Assembly (NCBI GenBank): GCA_012517375.1 | Contig: JAAYVC010000097.1 | Location: forward strand, 1-63,345 | Direction of reading: 5' to 3' | Length of the DNA stretch: 63,345 bases | Origin: a bacterium | Lineage (GTDB): Bacteria; Hydrothermota; Tepidihabitantia; B3-TA06 | In this document: positions 39,251 through 47,943 of the stretch, one piece after another | Layout: every line of letters begins with the position of its first letter | How positions within the stretch are numbered: the stretch's first letter is position 1 | Program-made: the position numbers and the translations under genes | Notes under the pieces: model-generated | What the model was told of the DNA's origin: nothing | What the model saw: only the letters and a program-made list of their open reading frames with translations | Databases searched by the model: none

Positions 39251-39443
39251 TACCTCTCTTTTTGCACTTCAAATCATCAAGCTTCTCAGCCAGACCTTTC
39301 TTCAGGAATTCGCGAATCAACTCAGCATGAAACAAGGCTTCTTCGCCGGCTTCATACCATCGACCGTCTGATTTAACCGGTCTTGTGAAGCGAATTTTAA
39401 TCTTTTCGCGCGGTTTTGACTTTCGAGAAGCCCTTTTCGACAT
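39228..39443 (-). CDS. small basic hypothetical protein
   Basis: 71 aa from ATG 39443 (RBS GGAGAA), just after the capsid stop. The longer tracked form would overlap the capsid gene. Confidence 0.4.
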   Translation of the reverse strand: MSKRASRKSKPREKIKIRFTRPVKSDGRWYEAGEEALFHAELIREFLKKGLAEKLDDLKCKKRGNDAVSDG

Positions 39444-39457
39444 TCTGTTCTCCGGAT

Positions 39458-40471
39458 TTATGCAACTACAGTGCCGAATACGATGCATTCTGGCCAGTGC
39501 GGCACCGGCAAAGGACGCGATTCGGCAAGCACCCATAGCATCGAAGGGTCTTTTTCGGTCCAGGCCTTTGCAAAAAATGGTTGAGCTGCAGCTGCTTCCG
39601 AATCCAGATCATAAATCAGCGCATAATGCATCCGAAACGGACCTTCTGAAGCCACAAGTATAAAAGCCTCTTCGGGAATGAAGTTATGACTGCTTCCTGA
39701 GGAGTCGATATAGGTTGCGTCATACTCAAAGATGTCTACCCCGACCAGGCGACCGATGTAATTCGAACGGCCTACAGATATTTCTCCAACATTGAAGTTG
39801 CGGTAATTAAGAAGCTCCCTGACCTTTGTATGGCCAAGAAGTGCGTCCACGACTTTCTTGCCTGCAATGGCGATATCTGCCTGGTAGCCAGTATCGGTTG
39901 ATATGTGACGCTTCCATGTCAGAATGTCCCCTATTGGATCTGAATTCGCAGTGTCTGTCCATAAATCGTTGCCCGTCAGGACAGGTTTATGAGCCGCAGG
40001 CAGAAGATAGTCTATTGAAAACTCTACATTCTCCTGAGTTACAGATAGGGAACCTTGCAGGGACTGAGCGGCCATCCATTCGGTAGTCCTTGCAATCATG
40101 TTCTTGAGATCGGACAGCTCAACGGCTATGCGCTGGTTGCGGTACTGTTCAACGCCGCCGTCGCCAAGATAAAGATGCGAACCAGGCGAGCGGATAGAAA
40201 GAAGATCGTTAGCCTGAAGGACCTTCTTCGGCCTTATTCTGGGAGCCTTGACGGACTGCATCTTGCGCGCAAGCTCGGCTACCACTATCCCGCCCTCCAC
40301 AGGGGACACAAAGGGAGCCAGACGCTTGCCGCCGACTACAACATCAACGTCAATCTCCTCGGAAAGCGTCTGAACCCTTGTCTTGAAAACCCTATCGAGA
40401 AGGAACGAGGGCGCTGCTGGGATTTCGTTGATTGCGGCGGTTAGGGAACGCCAGTGAAAAAGATCTGTCAT
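39458..40471 (-). CDS. major capsid protein, lambda gpE family
   Basis: 337 aa. The N-terminal pattern FLLDRVFKTRVQTLSEEIDVDVVVGGKRLAPFVSP is typical of Phage_cap_E. Preceded by a gpD-like decoration gene. Confidence 0.8.
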   Translation of the reverse strand: MTDLFHWRSLTAAINEIPAAPSFLLDRVFKTRVQTLSEEIDVDVVVGGKRLAPFVSPVEGGIVVAELARKMQSVKAPRIRPKKVLQANDLLSIRSPGSHLYLGDGGVEQYRNQRIAVELSDLKNMIARTTEWMAAQSLQGSLSVTQENVEFSIDYLLPAAHKPVLTGNDLWTDTANSDPIGDILTWKRHISTDTGYQADIAIAGKKVVDALLGHTKVRELLNYRNFNVGEISVGRSNYIGRLVGVDIFEYDATYIDSSGSSHNFIPEEAFILVASEGPFRMHYALIYDLDSEAAAAQPFFAKAWTEKDPSMLWVLAESRPLPVPHWPECIVFGTVVA

Positions 40472-40480
40472 GTTCGCCTC

Positions 40481-40858
40481 CTAGCCGATCTTCTTTACGT
40501 ATATGCCGAATTCGGCAAGTTTGCGCTTAGCCTCATCAATCTGCCCGCTGGTCGCCGAATTCCAGTCAAGTTTATCCTGATTGAACTCGCCGTGCACATA
40601 AGCGGTTGTTGATGCGTCAGCCGATGAGGCGTTTGTATCTCGGGCCAGTACCGCCCTAGGGGTCTCAGTGCCGTCCGATGCAGCGGCTGAGAACTTATAA
40701 TATTTGAAATCCGATGTCTTGCGGCCAAGAACTTGTCCTGAAACAAGCTCGCCTGCGCCGGAGCCTAGAACAATAGGGTAGAGCACGACCGGATGCCCGC
40801 CGGACAGAAGATTTTTTATTGTAAGGTTTTCTTCGGTTATCCCGTAGCTTTCAGCCAT
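40481..40858 (-). CDS. head decoration protein (lambda gpD-like)
   Basis: 125 aa. VLGSGAGELVSGQVLG...DGTETPRAVLARD...VHGEFN pattern. Confidence 0.7.
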   Translation of the reverse strand: MAESYGITEENLTIKNLLSGGHPVVLYPIVLGSGAGELVSGQVLGRKTSDFKYYKFSAAASDGTETPRAVLARDTNASSADASTTAYVHGEFNQDKLDWNSATSGQIDEAKRKLAEFGIYVKKIG

Positions 40859-40902
40859 TTATTGCCTCCTTTATCCCGAATTTTACTCCGGGATATTTTT
40901 GA

Positions 40903-41637
40903 CTATAGCTTTTTGGTTTCTTTAAGAGCGTTCGCTATTTTTCTGCCAAGATTTTCAAATGAGTTCTCGCTCCTTGCGGCAGGAACGGCTATCTCCTCAA
41001 GGCTGACGAACGAAGGTATAGCACCGAGAAGCTTGAGGAAGAATTCGTATTGAGAGATTTTATCATAGTCATCAGCCGCTAGCAGAGGCTCTTTGGAAAG
41101 ACCGGAGATGAACTGTAAAAGCGTCTCGTTGTCCCATGCCTTAAGCAGTTTTCCCTCTCCGAGAAATTTGTCAATTAGCGCCCTGCTCTCGTTCGCTCTT
41201 TCTTCATTAAGCCCTTTAGTATCCTTCTCGTTTTCCGCCTTGCCTTGATCTTCGTTGTCGTTCATGTGCGATTCATCCTCCCCCTCTTCTGGTTGATGCG
41301 TTGCTGAATTGAGTCTCAAAGATAGTTCATCCAATCTTTTCAGAACGAACTTCCGCTCATCATCGCTAAGATTGGAAACGTCTCCCTTCACTGTTTCCAG
41401 AGCTGCCGGAACAATCAAGGGCAATCCATCGATGATATCGACCACTAGAGCCGGATACGCTTCTGGAGTTTCAGCATCCTTTTCTGGATTCATGATGAGG
41501 GAGTAAGAAGCCAACCCCTTGTAGCCGAACTCCTTTCTTACCCGTTCAAGAGCGCTATTGGGATTCCAGGGATATTCGCTAGGTGCAAAGCCGAGTTCCT
41601 CAAGCGGAACGAGCCAGAACTTTTCATCAATGGCCAT
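40903..41637 (-). CDS. capsid scaffolding-like protein
   Basis: 244 aa with an acidic low-complexity centre (EEGEDESHMNDNEDQGKAENEKD), helical. It is the first gene of the late module. No protease motif was seen. Confidence 0.45.
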   Translation of the reverse strand: MAIDEKFWLVPLEELGFAPSEYPWNPNSALERVRKEFGYKGLASYSLIMNPEKDAETPEAYPALVVDIIDGLPLIVPAALETVKGDVSNLSDDERKFVLKRLDELSLRLNSATHQPEEGEDESHMNDNEDQGKAENEKDTKGLNEERANESRALIDKFLGEGKLLKAWDNETLLQFISGLSKEPLLAADDYDKISQYEFFLKLLGAIPSFVSLEEIAVPAARSENSFENLGRKIANALKETKKL

Positions 41638-41901
41638 GTCTTGACCTCCTTCCTTTTCTTCGCCATGCCCGTATTATCTACGGATTCCTGACGAGAGCCA
41701 TAGAATTCTGACCTCGTTCAGCCGATTCGCGGACGCCTCAAGTCGGTTCTCTTATACAGACTCCATTCCTTCCACAATGATCCCATTATGCTCGTGATTC
41801 TGGGAAGCCATTGAAACCTGACTTCTCTTGATGCGTTAAGTCGTGCATTCTTTATCCAAATGATGCGTTGAATCGGGGCCCATCCTTGACTCAAGCGCCG
41901 C

Positions 41902-41929
41902 TTGACGCCGCGGCGCACAAGAGTATCCT
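41902..41929 (+). promoter_or_regulatory. candidate promoter of the lipoprotein operon (near-leaderless)
   Basis: TTGACG (41902-41907), a 16-nt spacer, TATCCT (41924-41929). ATG 41937 lies only 7 nt downstream and there is no RBS. Confidence 0.4.
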
Positions 41930-41936
41930 TAGGGTT

Positions 41937-42479
41937 ATGAGTGCTAGATGTCTAAGATTCTCATTGCTTATGCTGTTGGTGCTATGCCTGTGGACAGGAT
42001 GCGCCACAAAGGATTCGGACGGCGCGAAAAAGTTCGTTAACGACTACTGGACTCGCGTCTTTAAGGGTGACGCGCGGAAAGCGTACGGAATGCTAACGGG
42101 CAGGAGCAAGAGAAGACTTAAGTATAAGGAATATGCGGAAAACATCGCCTTCGGAACGAAACGCACGGCCGTTAAGGACAGCTTTTTTGAGGCGTACGCG
42201 CCCGCATGCAGCGTCGGCATTGGACCTGCAATGATATCGGGCGATACGGCTGTTGTTGAAGTTCTGCTGACCATACCCGACCTTCCGAACCTGAACAGAA
42301 CAACGCTTCTGCCGAAGGCGGATTCGTTATTCGGACAGAAGGATTCGCTTGCCCGCAACGAGTGGCTTTTGAGAGAGCGTACAAAGGCGATAAGAAACAA
42401 ACATTACAGACCGCTTATCATGCATCTTACGCTAAGGCTTGCGTGGGAATGGTTTAACTGGCACCTTATATACGAATGA
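41937..42479 (+). CDS. lipoprotein, DUF4878-like, paralogue A
   Basis: 180 aa from ATG 41937. Lipobox LWTGC. Contains DYWTRVFKGDARKAYGMLTGRSKRRLKYKEYAENIAFG. Confidence 0.6.
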   Translation: MSARCLRFSLLMLLVLCLWTGCATKDSDGAKKFVNDYWTRVFKGDARKAYGMLTGRSKRRLKYKEYAENIAFGTKRTAVKDSFFEAYAPACSVGIGPAMISGDTAVVEVLLTIPDLPNLNRTTLLPKADSLFGQKDSLARNEWLLRERTKAIRNKHYRPLIMHLTLRLAWEWFNWHLIYE

Positions 42480-42489
42480 GAGGAAAAGA

Positions 42490-43032
42490 ATGACAAGGAA
42501 AGCATTTTTAGTTTCGATTGCCTGCGGGGCTGCATTTCTCTGGGTGGCGTGCCCTGCAAAGGATGAATCGACTGCGGTCCGCAGCGCGGTGGTTCAATAC
42601 TGGGGTTATATCTACCAGGGTGCGACTCGCTCAGCATACGACATGCTTGATAGCGAAAGCCGAAACAGAATAACTTACCGCAAATATGCCGAGAAAGTCG
42701 GATTCGGTACAAGCAACATACCCGAAATCAAGGAATACTGGAAGGCTTATCAAACCATGACAAATATCGAAATAAAGAACGTAGCCGTTCAAGGAGGCAG
42801 GGCTAATGCAGATCTCGTACTTACGATACCTGACCCGAAGTGGTTTCCCGACGAAGCTTATGCTGAATCACAGCGGCTTGGCCTCAAGGATCAGGAGTAC
42901 GCCTTGTTCATGATAAAAGCCCAGACGCAAGCCCTGAAGGAAGGCAGGATTCCTCTGGTAAGATTAATGGAAACGACCAATCTCGTCAAAGAGGGAGAAG
43001 CATGGAAGATTGTTTTTGTAGACGAAGGATAG
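42490..43032 (+). CDS. lipoprotein, DUF4878-like, paralogue B
   Basis: 180 aa from ATG 42490. Lipobox-like LWVAC. QYWGYIYQGATRSAYDMLDSESRNRITYRKYAEKVGFG aligns with paralogue A. Confidence 0.6.
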   Translation: MTRKAFLVSIACGAAFLWVACPAKDESTAVRSAVVQYWGYIYQGATRSAYDMLDSESRNRITYRKYAEKVGFGTSNIPEIKEYWKAYQTMTNIEIKNVAVQGGRANADLVLTIPDPKWFPDEAYAESQRLGLKDQEYALFMIKAQTQALKEGRIPLVRLMETTNLVKEGEAWKIVFVDEG

Positions 43033-43034
43033 TA

Positions 43035-43547
43035 ATGAAGGCTGGCAAAGCCGCCGGAATAATTGGTATAGCAATGCTTATTGCAGGTTGCGCAAAGGCG
43101 GACTCCGTGGCTGACTATGAGGCTCCGGATACTTCAAAGCTCGTCGATTTCTCAGATTGGGGAACGAGCGGAAAACTGCAGTTCCGGATTGTCAAGGTAG
43201 AAGAGCTGAAATCCCTTGCTGTTGTAAACGGCGAGGAGAAGGCCCCTCGAGCGATGAGATTTTTTGTAGTCACGCTTGATGTGATGTCCTACGACCTGGG
43301 CAAGGGAGTAATCGACTTTCCTGCAAGGGTAAGTCTTGTGGATGAAACGGGTCTTGCATACAAACCCAACTCCGAAAGATTCACCCGCCTTAACGCCTCT
43401 CCGCCACAGGTCAATATCGATGCGGGACAGTTTATTGAACGCAAGATCGCTTTTCTTGTACCCAAGGAGTATGAGCCTGCCGCACTTAGATGTATGGGAG
43501 CGGAGGATGCAAAACCATCTTTGTTCGCATTAAGCAGAAGTCTTTAA
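43035..43547 (+). CDS. lipoprotein, DUF4352-like (Ig-fold)
   Basis: 170 aa from ATG 43035. Lipobox LIAGC. RFFVVTLDVMSYDLG...VSLVDETGLAYKP pattern. Confidence 0.55.
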   Translation: MKAGKAAGIIGIAMLIAGCAKADSVADYEAPDTSKLVDFSDWGTSGKLQFRIVKVEELKSLAVVNGEEKAPRAMRFFVVTLDVMSYDLGKGVIDFPARVSLVDETGLAYKPNSERFTRLNASPPQVNIDAGQFIERKIAFLVPKEYEPAALRCMGAEDAKPSLFALSRSL

Positions 43548-43745
43548 CAGCCGATTGAAGAAAATTGCGAGGGCAGTTTTCTTTATCCTAAGACCGGCGC
43601 CAGAAAACAAAAGGACCTATTTCGACCTTGTCTCTTAACCTTGGCAACCACGGCAGCACCGCGAGAAACTTCGGTTGTTCTTCAGTCATTCGTCTCCTCC
43701 GACTAGGGTCCCCAAAGAATCCACATGGTGGATTCTTTGGGTGAA

Positions 43746-44399
43746 TCATTCAAGCATCTTCTGAACTGCTACAATACGTCCAATGATTCTATCGTGCAGT
43801 CCAAGAACGTAAGGCGAATAATCGGTATTTGCAGGAACGAGCATGTAGATTTCCCTGTTGCCTTGTTTTGTTATCTTGAGTTCCTTAATGGTAGTCTCTC
43901 CCTCGACAAGCGCCACGACTATTGCCCGATTCGGAGGTGTAATATCCGGACAGACAATAACCCTGTCGCCCTGAGAAAGCCTTGGCTCCATTGAATCCCC
44001 TTGAATAATCAAAGCGAAGGCTTGAGGATGCCTTGCAGTGGTCGACGGCACGGGCAAGTATTCAAGTACAACCTCGGGCGTATAGCGCGGGAATCCTGCA
44101 GGCACATGCCCGAGTACGGGGATAAATCTTACGGGCAGCTTTTCCGATTCGGGTACATCCGGTGCGGTCTGCATCTCTCCCTCGCCTGTCAGAAGCCACT
44201 GCAGGGATATGCCGAGTTCCTTGGCGATACGTACGAGAAGCTCCACATCAACGCTTCGCTCGCCGCGTTCGTAGCGTACCAGGGAATTCCTATGTATCTT
44301 CAGCTTATCGCTCAGCTCCTGCTGATTAAGCGACCTCGCCTTGCGCCCCTCGCGTATTCGCTGCCCAACAATCTTATCGGAGTTCTGATCAGTGAACAT
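43746..44399 (-). CDS. prophage repressor, XRE-HTH + S24 peptidase (CI/LexA-like)
   Basis: 217 aa. N-terminal HTH (RKARSLNQQELSDKLKIHRNSLVRYERGER), C-terminal GDSMEP and TIKELK (Ser/Lys dyad). Transcribed divergently from the early genes. Confidence 0.85.
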   Translation of the reverse strand: MFTDQNSDKIVGQRIREGRKARSLNQQELSDKLKIHRNSLVRYERGERSVDVELLVRIAKELGISLQWLLTGEGEMQTAPDVPESEKLPVRFIPVLGHVPAGFPRYTPEVVLEYLPVPSTTARHPQAFALIIQGDSMEPRLSQGDRVIVCPDITPPNRAIVVALVEGETTIKELKITKQGNREIYMLVPANTDYSPYVLGLHDRIIGRIVAVQKMLE

Positions 44400-44476
44400 A
44401 ATCGCTCTCCTTTAGGGCATATAAAAAGCTAAGTCTTAACATTTTTGTCCCCATACGGATGTGGAAAACTTCCTAA

Positions 44477-44539
44477 ATAACCCAAAAAGTTGCAACTTAA
44501 AAATATAACTCTTGACAATTCACCCTTTTGGGTTATAAT
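44477..44539 (+). promoter_or_regulatory. immunity switch: rightward promoter flanked or overlapped by inverted repeats
   Basis: TTGACA (44512-44517), a 16-nt spacer, TATAAT (44534-44539). ATAACCCAAAA (44477-44487) is inverted at TTTTGGGTTAT (44526-44536). A 12-bp palindrome AAGTTGCAACTT lies at 44487-44498. Confidence 0.6.
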
Positions 44540-44606
44540 CCCAACAATGATTGAATCCATTCAGGTGATTATACCCATGGAAACGAAAGTTGTCAAGGGG
44601 TGAAGC

Positions 44607-45074
44607 ATGAGAACAAAAAAGGATAACCTCACTATCCGCGAGGATGCCGAAAGGATGCTCAAGCGAATTGCCTTCATCGAAGATCGTCTTGAACGAATCA
44701 GGAAAAAGTTTGAGGACAGGATAAGAAAATATGAAGAGAGGATGGGGGAAGAAAGCGCCGGGCTCCTGGCGGAGGCAGAGCTCCTCCGTCAGGAGCTTGA
44801 GCGGCTCTTGAGACGCTCAGCCGGGCCCGGGCGCTCACTGATACTGTCCTCCGGCAGAATAGGTCTGCGTACAGTATGGAGTCTGGATATACCTCATCCT
44901 CAAAGAACAATCAGAAAGCTTGTCGAACACGGTCTTGGCGACTGCCTTAGATTGAAGCAGGAACTCGATCGCCAGGCACTGGCAAGACTCGATGAGAACT
45001 CCTTGAGGAAGATCGGCATCCGAAGGGAGCGGAGAGAGAGCTTCTATGCCGTCACGAAAAAGGAGGCACCTTGA
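44607..45074 (+). CDS. Gam-like host-nuclease inhibitor (Mu Gam family)
   Basis: 155 aa. An N-terminal coiled coil, then ..SLILSSGRIGLRTVWSLDI..TIRKLVEHGLGDCLRLKQELDRQAL.., matching the Gam architecture. Confidence 0.55.
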   Translation: MRTKKDNLTIREDAERMLKRIAFIEDRLERIRKKFEDRIRKYEERMGEESAGLLAEAELLRQELERLLRRSAGPGRSLILSSGRIGLRTVWSLDIPHPQRTIRKLVEHGLGDCLRLKQELDRQALARLDENSLRKIGIRRERRESFYAVTKKEAP

Positions 45075-45628
45075 ACGGACGAAAGATTGAGGAAGTGAAG
45101 GCTGAGATAGCATTGAAAAGAAGAGAGCTCGACAAGGCTATCGCGAAACAGAGTTTTTACTGCCTCAAGAACAAGCGGGTAGTATCGCCTGCAGAGTGTC
45201 ACGACTGCTTTAATGACATACCGTATATAGAAAAACTCTCTAAGTGGAAAGAAGACAGGCAGCTTTGCATTAAAGAGCACTCTCGAAGCAGGAACCAGAA
45301 ACATGCAAGGGGTTTTAAGCGAAAGAATTCGGATGAGGGTTCCTACGATGGAAAATTCGTCCAAGACGATTATTCAACACTCGCTGACTTCGCAACGGAC
45401 ACCGCTTTCTCCGTGGAAGAATATCTTAGCCGAGGTCTTTTGAATTTCTTTCTCGAGCTTGATTCACTTGCCGAACGCTTCGAAGCATGGTGGGCCTCGA
45501 TAACGCCCGATGTCCGTTCAAGAATTCATATGAGCGCTGAATTTCAGGAGGCGATTCTATGGTTTGCGGAAAGGCTCAGGGAGTTCCAGGCATCGCTTTT
45601 AGGAATAGCAAAAACAACCGGTGAATAA
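45071..45628 (+). CDS. hypothetical early protein
   Basis: 185 aa with a TTG start overlapping the upstream stop. No recognisable domain. Confidence 0.4.
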   Translation: MNGRKIEEVKAEIALKRRELDKAIAKQSFYCLKNKRVVSPAECHDCFNDIPYIEKLSKWKEDRQLCIKEHSRSRNQKHARGFKRKNSDEGSYDGKFVQDDYSTLADFATDTAFSVEEYLSRGLLNFFLELDSLAERFEAWWASITPDVRSRIHMSAEFQEAILWFAERLREFQASLLGIAKTTGE

Positions 45629-45651
45629 AAACAAGAAATAAAGGAGGAATA

Positions 45652-45957
45652 ATGTGGGGTGAAGAACTGACCCTCAATCTCTTCGGAACGACAATCCTTG
45701 GCTCCGTTATCGTGGCCGCGATTGTAGAAAAACTTAAAACGTGGCTCAAGACCGAAGGATGGCTCAACACGGCATTCGCTTTAGCGGTGGGAGCGGCCCT
45801 TGGCGGTCTTATGTACCTTGTTGAGCTGCTCTTTTCCAGGATTGGAATGTCGACGCAAGTCACTCCGGCAGCAATACTGCTTCTTGAAGGCGTCTTCTCT
45901 GGAGGAGTTGCAGCAGGTCTATGGAAGGCATTGAAAACAATAGGGCGCAAGCCGTGA
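45652..45957 (+). CDS. small membrane protein, holin-like
   Basis: 101 aa with three hydrophobic segments and a basic C-terminus (RKP). RBS AGGAGG. Confidence 0.4.
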   Translation: MWGEELTLNLFGTTILGSVIVAAIVEKLKTWLKTEGWLNTAFALAVGAALGGLMYLVELLFSRIGMSTQVTPAAILLLEGVFSGGVAAGLWKALKTIGRKP

Positions 45958-46271
45958 CAGCCGGAAAGAAAAAGGGCCGCGGCGTCTTGCTGCGTTTCTC
46001 CGCGGTAGCGTCCGCGGCCCTTTTTGCCTTGGCCCTTGGACTCGCATCCTTTACCTTTGGCTACACCCTTGCCCTGTCTAAAATTTCGGGAATCTGGTCT
46101 GAGACAAGCGTGCTTAAAGCAAAGTCCGCTGAGCTTGAGAATGAACTCCTGCACTTGAAGAATTATGCGGTTCTGATAGACGCCATCGCTTCTCAGGGCG
46201 GCGCCGCAGAAAAACTGAATTCTTCATCCAGAACGGAACAAGGTTCGGTAAAAACGGAGACATCGGATTGA
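45954..46271 (+). CDS. single-pass membrane protein with coiled coil
   Basis: About 105 aa from GTG 45954 (GTGA overlap with the upstream stop). One TM segment (FSAVASAALFALALGLASFTFGY), then a helical region. Confidence 0.4.
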   Translation: MTAGKKKGRGVLLRFSAVASAALFALALGLASFTFGYTLALSKISGIWSETSVLKAKSAELENELLHLKNYAVLIDAIASQGGAAEKLNSSSRTEQGSVKTETSD

Positions 46272-46286
46272 GCTTGGGAGACTGAG

Positions 46287-46619
46287 ATGAATCTTTTGAA
46301 AGTCAAAGAAGCTGCAGGAATTCTCCACTGCCATCCCTTTTCTTTATATGCCGCCATTTATGAAGGCAGGATAAAAGCGGTAAAGTTCCGTGGCGGAGTT
46401 CGAATCCAATCGGATGAGGTTGAACGTCTTGCATTCAGAAAAGAACGTTTCCGGAGCACGCTAAACGTCAGGGAAACGTCAAGAATACTGTCATGCTCGT
46501 ACTCAACCGTTCTCAGACTCATACGCTCACAAAGAATCAAAGCTTCGATTTTAGGGAACAGTTACCGCATCGAACCGGATGAGCTCGAGAATTATGTACG
46601 GTCTCTTCCATGCCTGTAG
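46287..46619 (+). CDS. DNA-binding protein with two excisionase-type (HTH_17) domains
   Basis: 110 aa. LLKVKEAAGILHCHPFSLYAAIYEGRIKAVKFRGGVRI and LNVRETSRILSCSYSTVLRLIRSQRIKASILGNSYRI. Its position suggests a small-terminase-like or late-regulator role. Confidence 0.55.
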   Translation: MNLLKVKEAAGILHCHPFSLYAAIYEGRIKAVKFRGGVRIQSDEVERLAFRKERFRSTLNVRETSRILSCSYSTVLRLIRSQRIKASILGNSYRIEPDELENYVRSLPCL

Positions 46620-46743
46620 GATTCAGGTTTAACTTGATACGCGCAAAGGGAATATCTCGTAAGCTATAAGGGAAACAGCAAGGTGAAGGAAAACAAGTTG
46701 CGTTTTCTCCCGGTAGAGGCGCACTGATTTTGGAGGTTGAGAT

Positions 46744-47901
46744 ATGAGAATTTTAAAACCTAATGAAAAGGAGTTCAGCAATCCTTACGTGCCGTCGGCG
46801 TGGATGAGCGGAATCCTCGCTAATATGCCGGTATCGACGCAGTCTTTTGTTGAACGTCATGAGGGAAGAGGCCTTTGGGACGTCTTCGAGGAGATGATGC
46901 AGGATCCGCACATACAGAGCGTGTTTCGTTCCAGACGGGCAGGGGTTGCAGGAAGACGCTGGGAACTTGCGCCATCGGACGACTCCGCAAAGGCGAAAAA
47001 AATGACGGAGTTCGTCAGGAGGGCGCTTTCCGCAATCCCCAACTTCGAGTACGGACTGGCGCACCTGTTGAAGGCGATACCTTACGGACATTCGGTTCTC
47101 GAGGTTATGTGGAGAATTGACTCAGACGGCGTAAGGATTGACTCGCTGAGATCAAGAAGACCGGAGCGCTTCATAGTAGAGCCGGGCTCCGCGCTCAAGC
47201 TACTTGACGCTGAAACCGGCACGGCAAAGCCTCTTCCCGACCGGAAGTTCGTTCTGCACAGGCACGAGCCGCAGGACGACATCCCATGTTCAGTTCCCCT
47301 TCTCTTATCTATTTACTGGCCATGGTTCTTCAAGAAACACGCCCAGGCTTTCTGGATGGTGCTTGCGGAAAAGTTCGGTATTCCGTCGGTTATAGGCCGC
47401 TATCCGGCGCATTTTACCGACGCAGACGTATCCAATCTTCTGAAGGCGCTTACCAATCTTCAGCAGGACTCGGTGGCAGCGGTTCCGCAGGATACCCAGG
47501 TCGAGGTTGAATCGATAGAGGTCGGAGAGAAGGGCGCTTTCTTCAGGGAGCTTCTTGGTTTCATGAACTCGGAGGTGTCGAAAACCGTTCTGGGCGGAAC
47601 CCTTACCCAGGAAGTGGGCGACGTAGGCTCCTATGCCGCTGCAAAAACCCACAGCGACGTCCGCCAGGAGATAATAGCGGCCGATGCAAGGCTGCTGCAG
47701 ACAACGATTAATTCAACACTCGTTCGCTGGCTGGTGGACTTCAACTACGGTCCAGAGACCGAGGCGCCTACCTTCGTCATAGACTACATGCCTCCCAGGG
47801 GAACACCCGAATTTGCACAAGTTCTTAAAACTCTGTCTGATATGGGGTACAAGGTTCCGGAAAGGTTTATTGCAGAGACCTTCGGCCTCCCGGAGGGATG
47901 A
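46744..47901 (+). CDS. portal protein, Mu gp29 / DUF935 family
   Basis: 385 aa. WDVFEEMMQDPHIQSVFRSRRAGVAGRRWEL..., a C-terminal conserved block, and SYAAAKTHSDVRQEII. Confidence 0.75.
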   Translation: MRILKPNEKEFSNPYVPSAWMSGILANMPVSTQSFVERHEGRGLWDVFEEMMQDPHIQSVFRSRRAGVAGRRWELAPSDDSAKAKKMTEFVRRALSAIPNFEYGLAHLLKAIPYGHSVLEVMWRIDSDGVRIDSLRSRRPERFIVEPGSALKLLDAETGTAKPLPDRKFVLHRHEPQDDIPCSVPLLLSIYWPWFFKKHAQAFWMVLAEKFGIPSVIGRYPAHFTDADVSNLLKALTNLQQDSVAAVPQDTQVEVESIEVGEKGAFFRELLGFMNSEVSKTVLGGTLTQEVGDVGSYAAAKTHSDVRQEIIAADARLLQTTINSTLVRWLVDFNYGPETEAPTFVIDYMPPRGTPEFAQVLKTLSDMGYKVPERFIAETFGLPEG

Positions 47902-47908
47902 GGTAGTA

Positions 47909-47937
47909 TTGACACTTCTACAATCTTAAAGTATCAT
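47909..47937 (+). promoter_or_regulatory. promoter of the Fic gene, apparently leaderless
   Basis: TTGACA (47909-47914), a 17-nt spacer, TATCAT (47932-47937). ATG 47944 begins 7 nt after the -10, with no Shine-Dalgarno. Confidence 0.55.
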
Positions 47938-47943
47938 ATACTA

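Larger units (their letters stand above)
23124..47901. mobile_element. myovirus-type prophage-like element (rearranged or defective)
   Basis: A contiguous head, neck, contractile-tail, baseplate and fibre module on the minus strand (41637 down to 23124). The S24 repressor, Gam-like gene, membrane proteins, HTH protein and Mu-type portal are at 43746-47901. No terminase, integrase or endolysin was recognised. Confidence 0.8.

Noticed and set aside
39228-39536. 102-aa version of the small ORF after the capsid gene
   Set aside because: Its first 31 codons overlap the capsid 3' end. An internal ATG (39443) with a GGAGAA RBS sits right after the capsid stop.
23124-41637. Extracellular contractile injection system or pure tailocin
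   Set aside because: Major capsid, decoration, scaffold-like and connector genes are contiguous with the tail genes. There is no AAA+ ATPase or cap protein typical of eCIS. A prophage-derived element fits better.
41718-41918. 66-aa minus-strand ORF upstream of the scaffold-like gene
   Set aside because: It is Arg/Trp-rich with no RBS, and it spans the promoter region of the plus-strand lipoprotein operon. It is probably non-coding breakpoint DNA.
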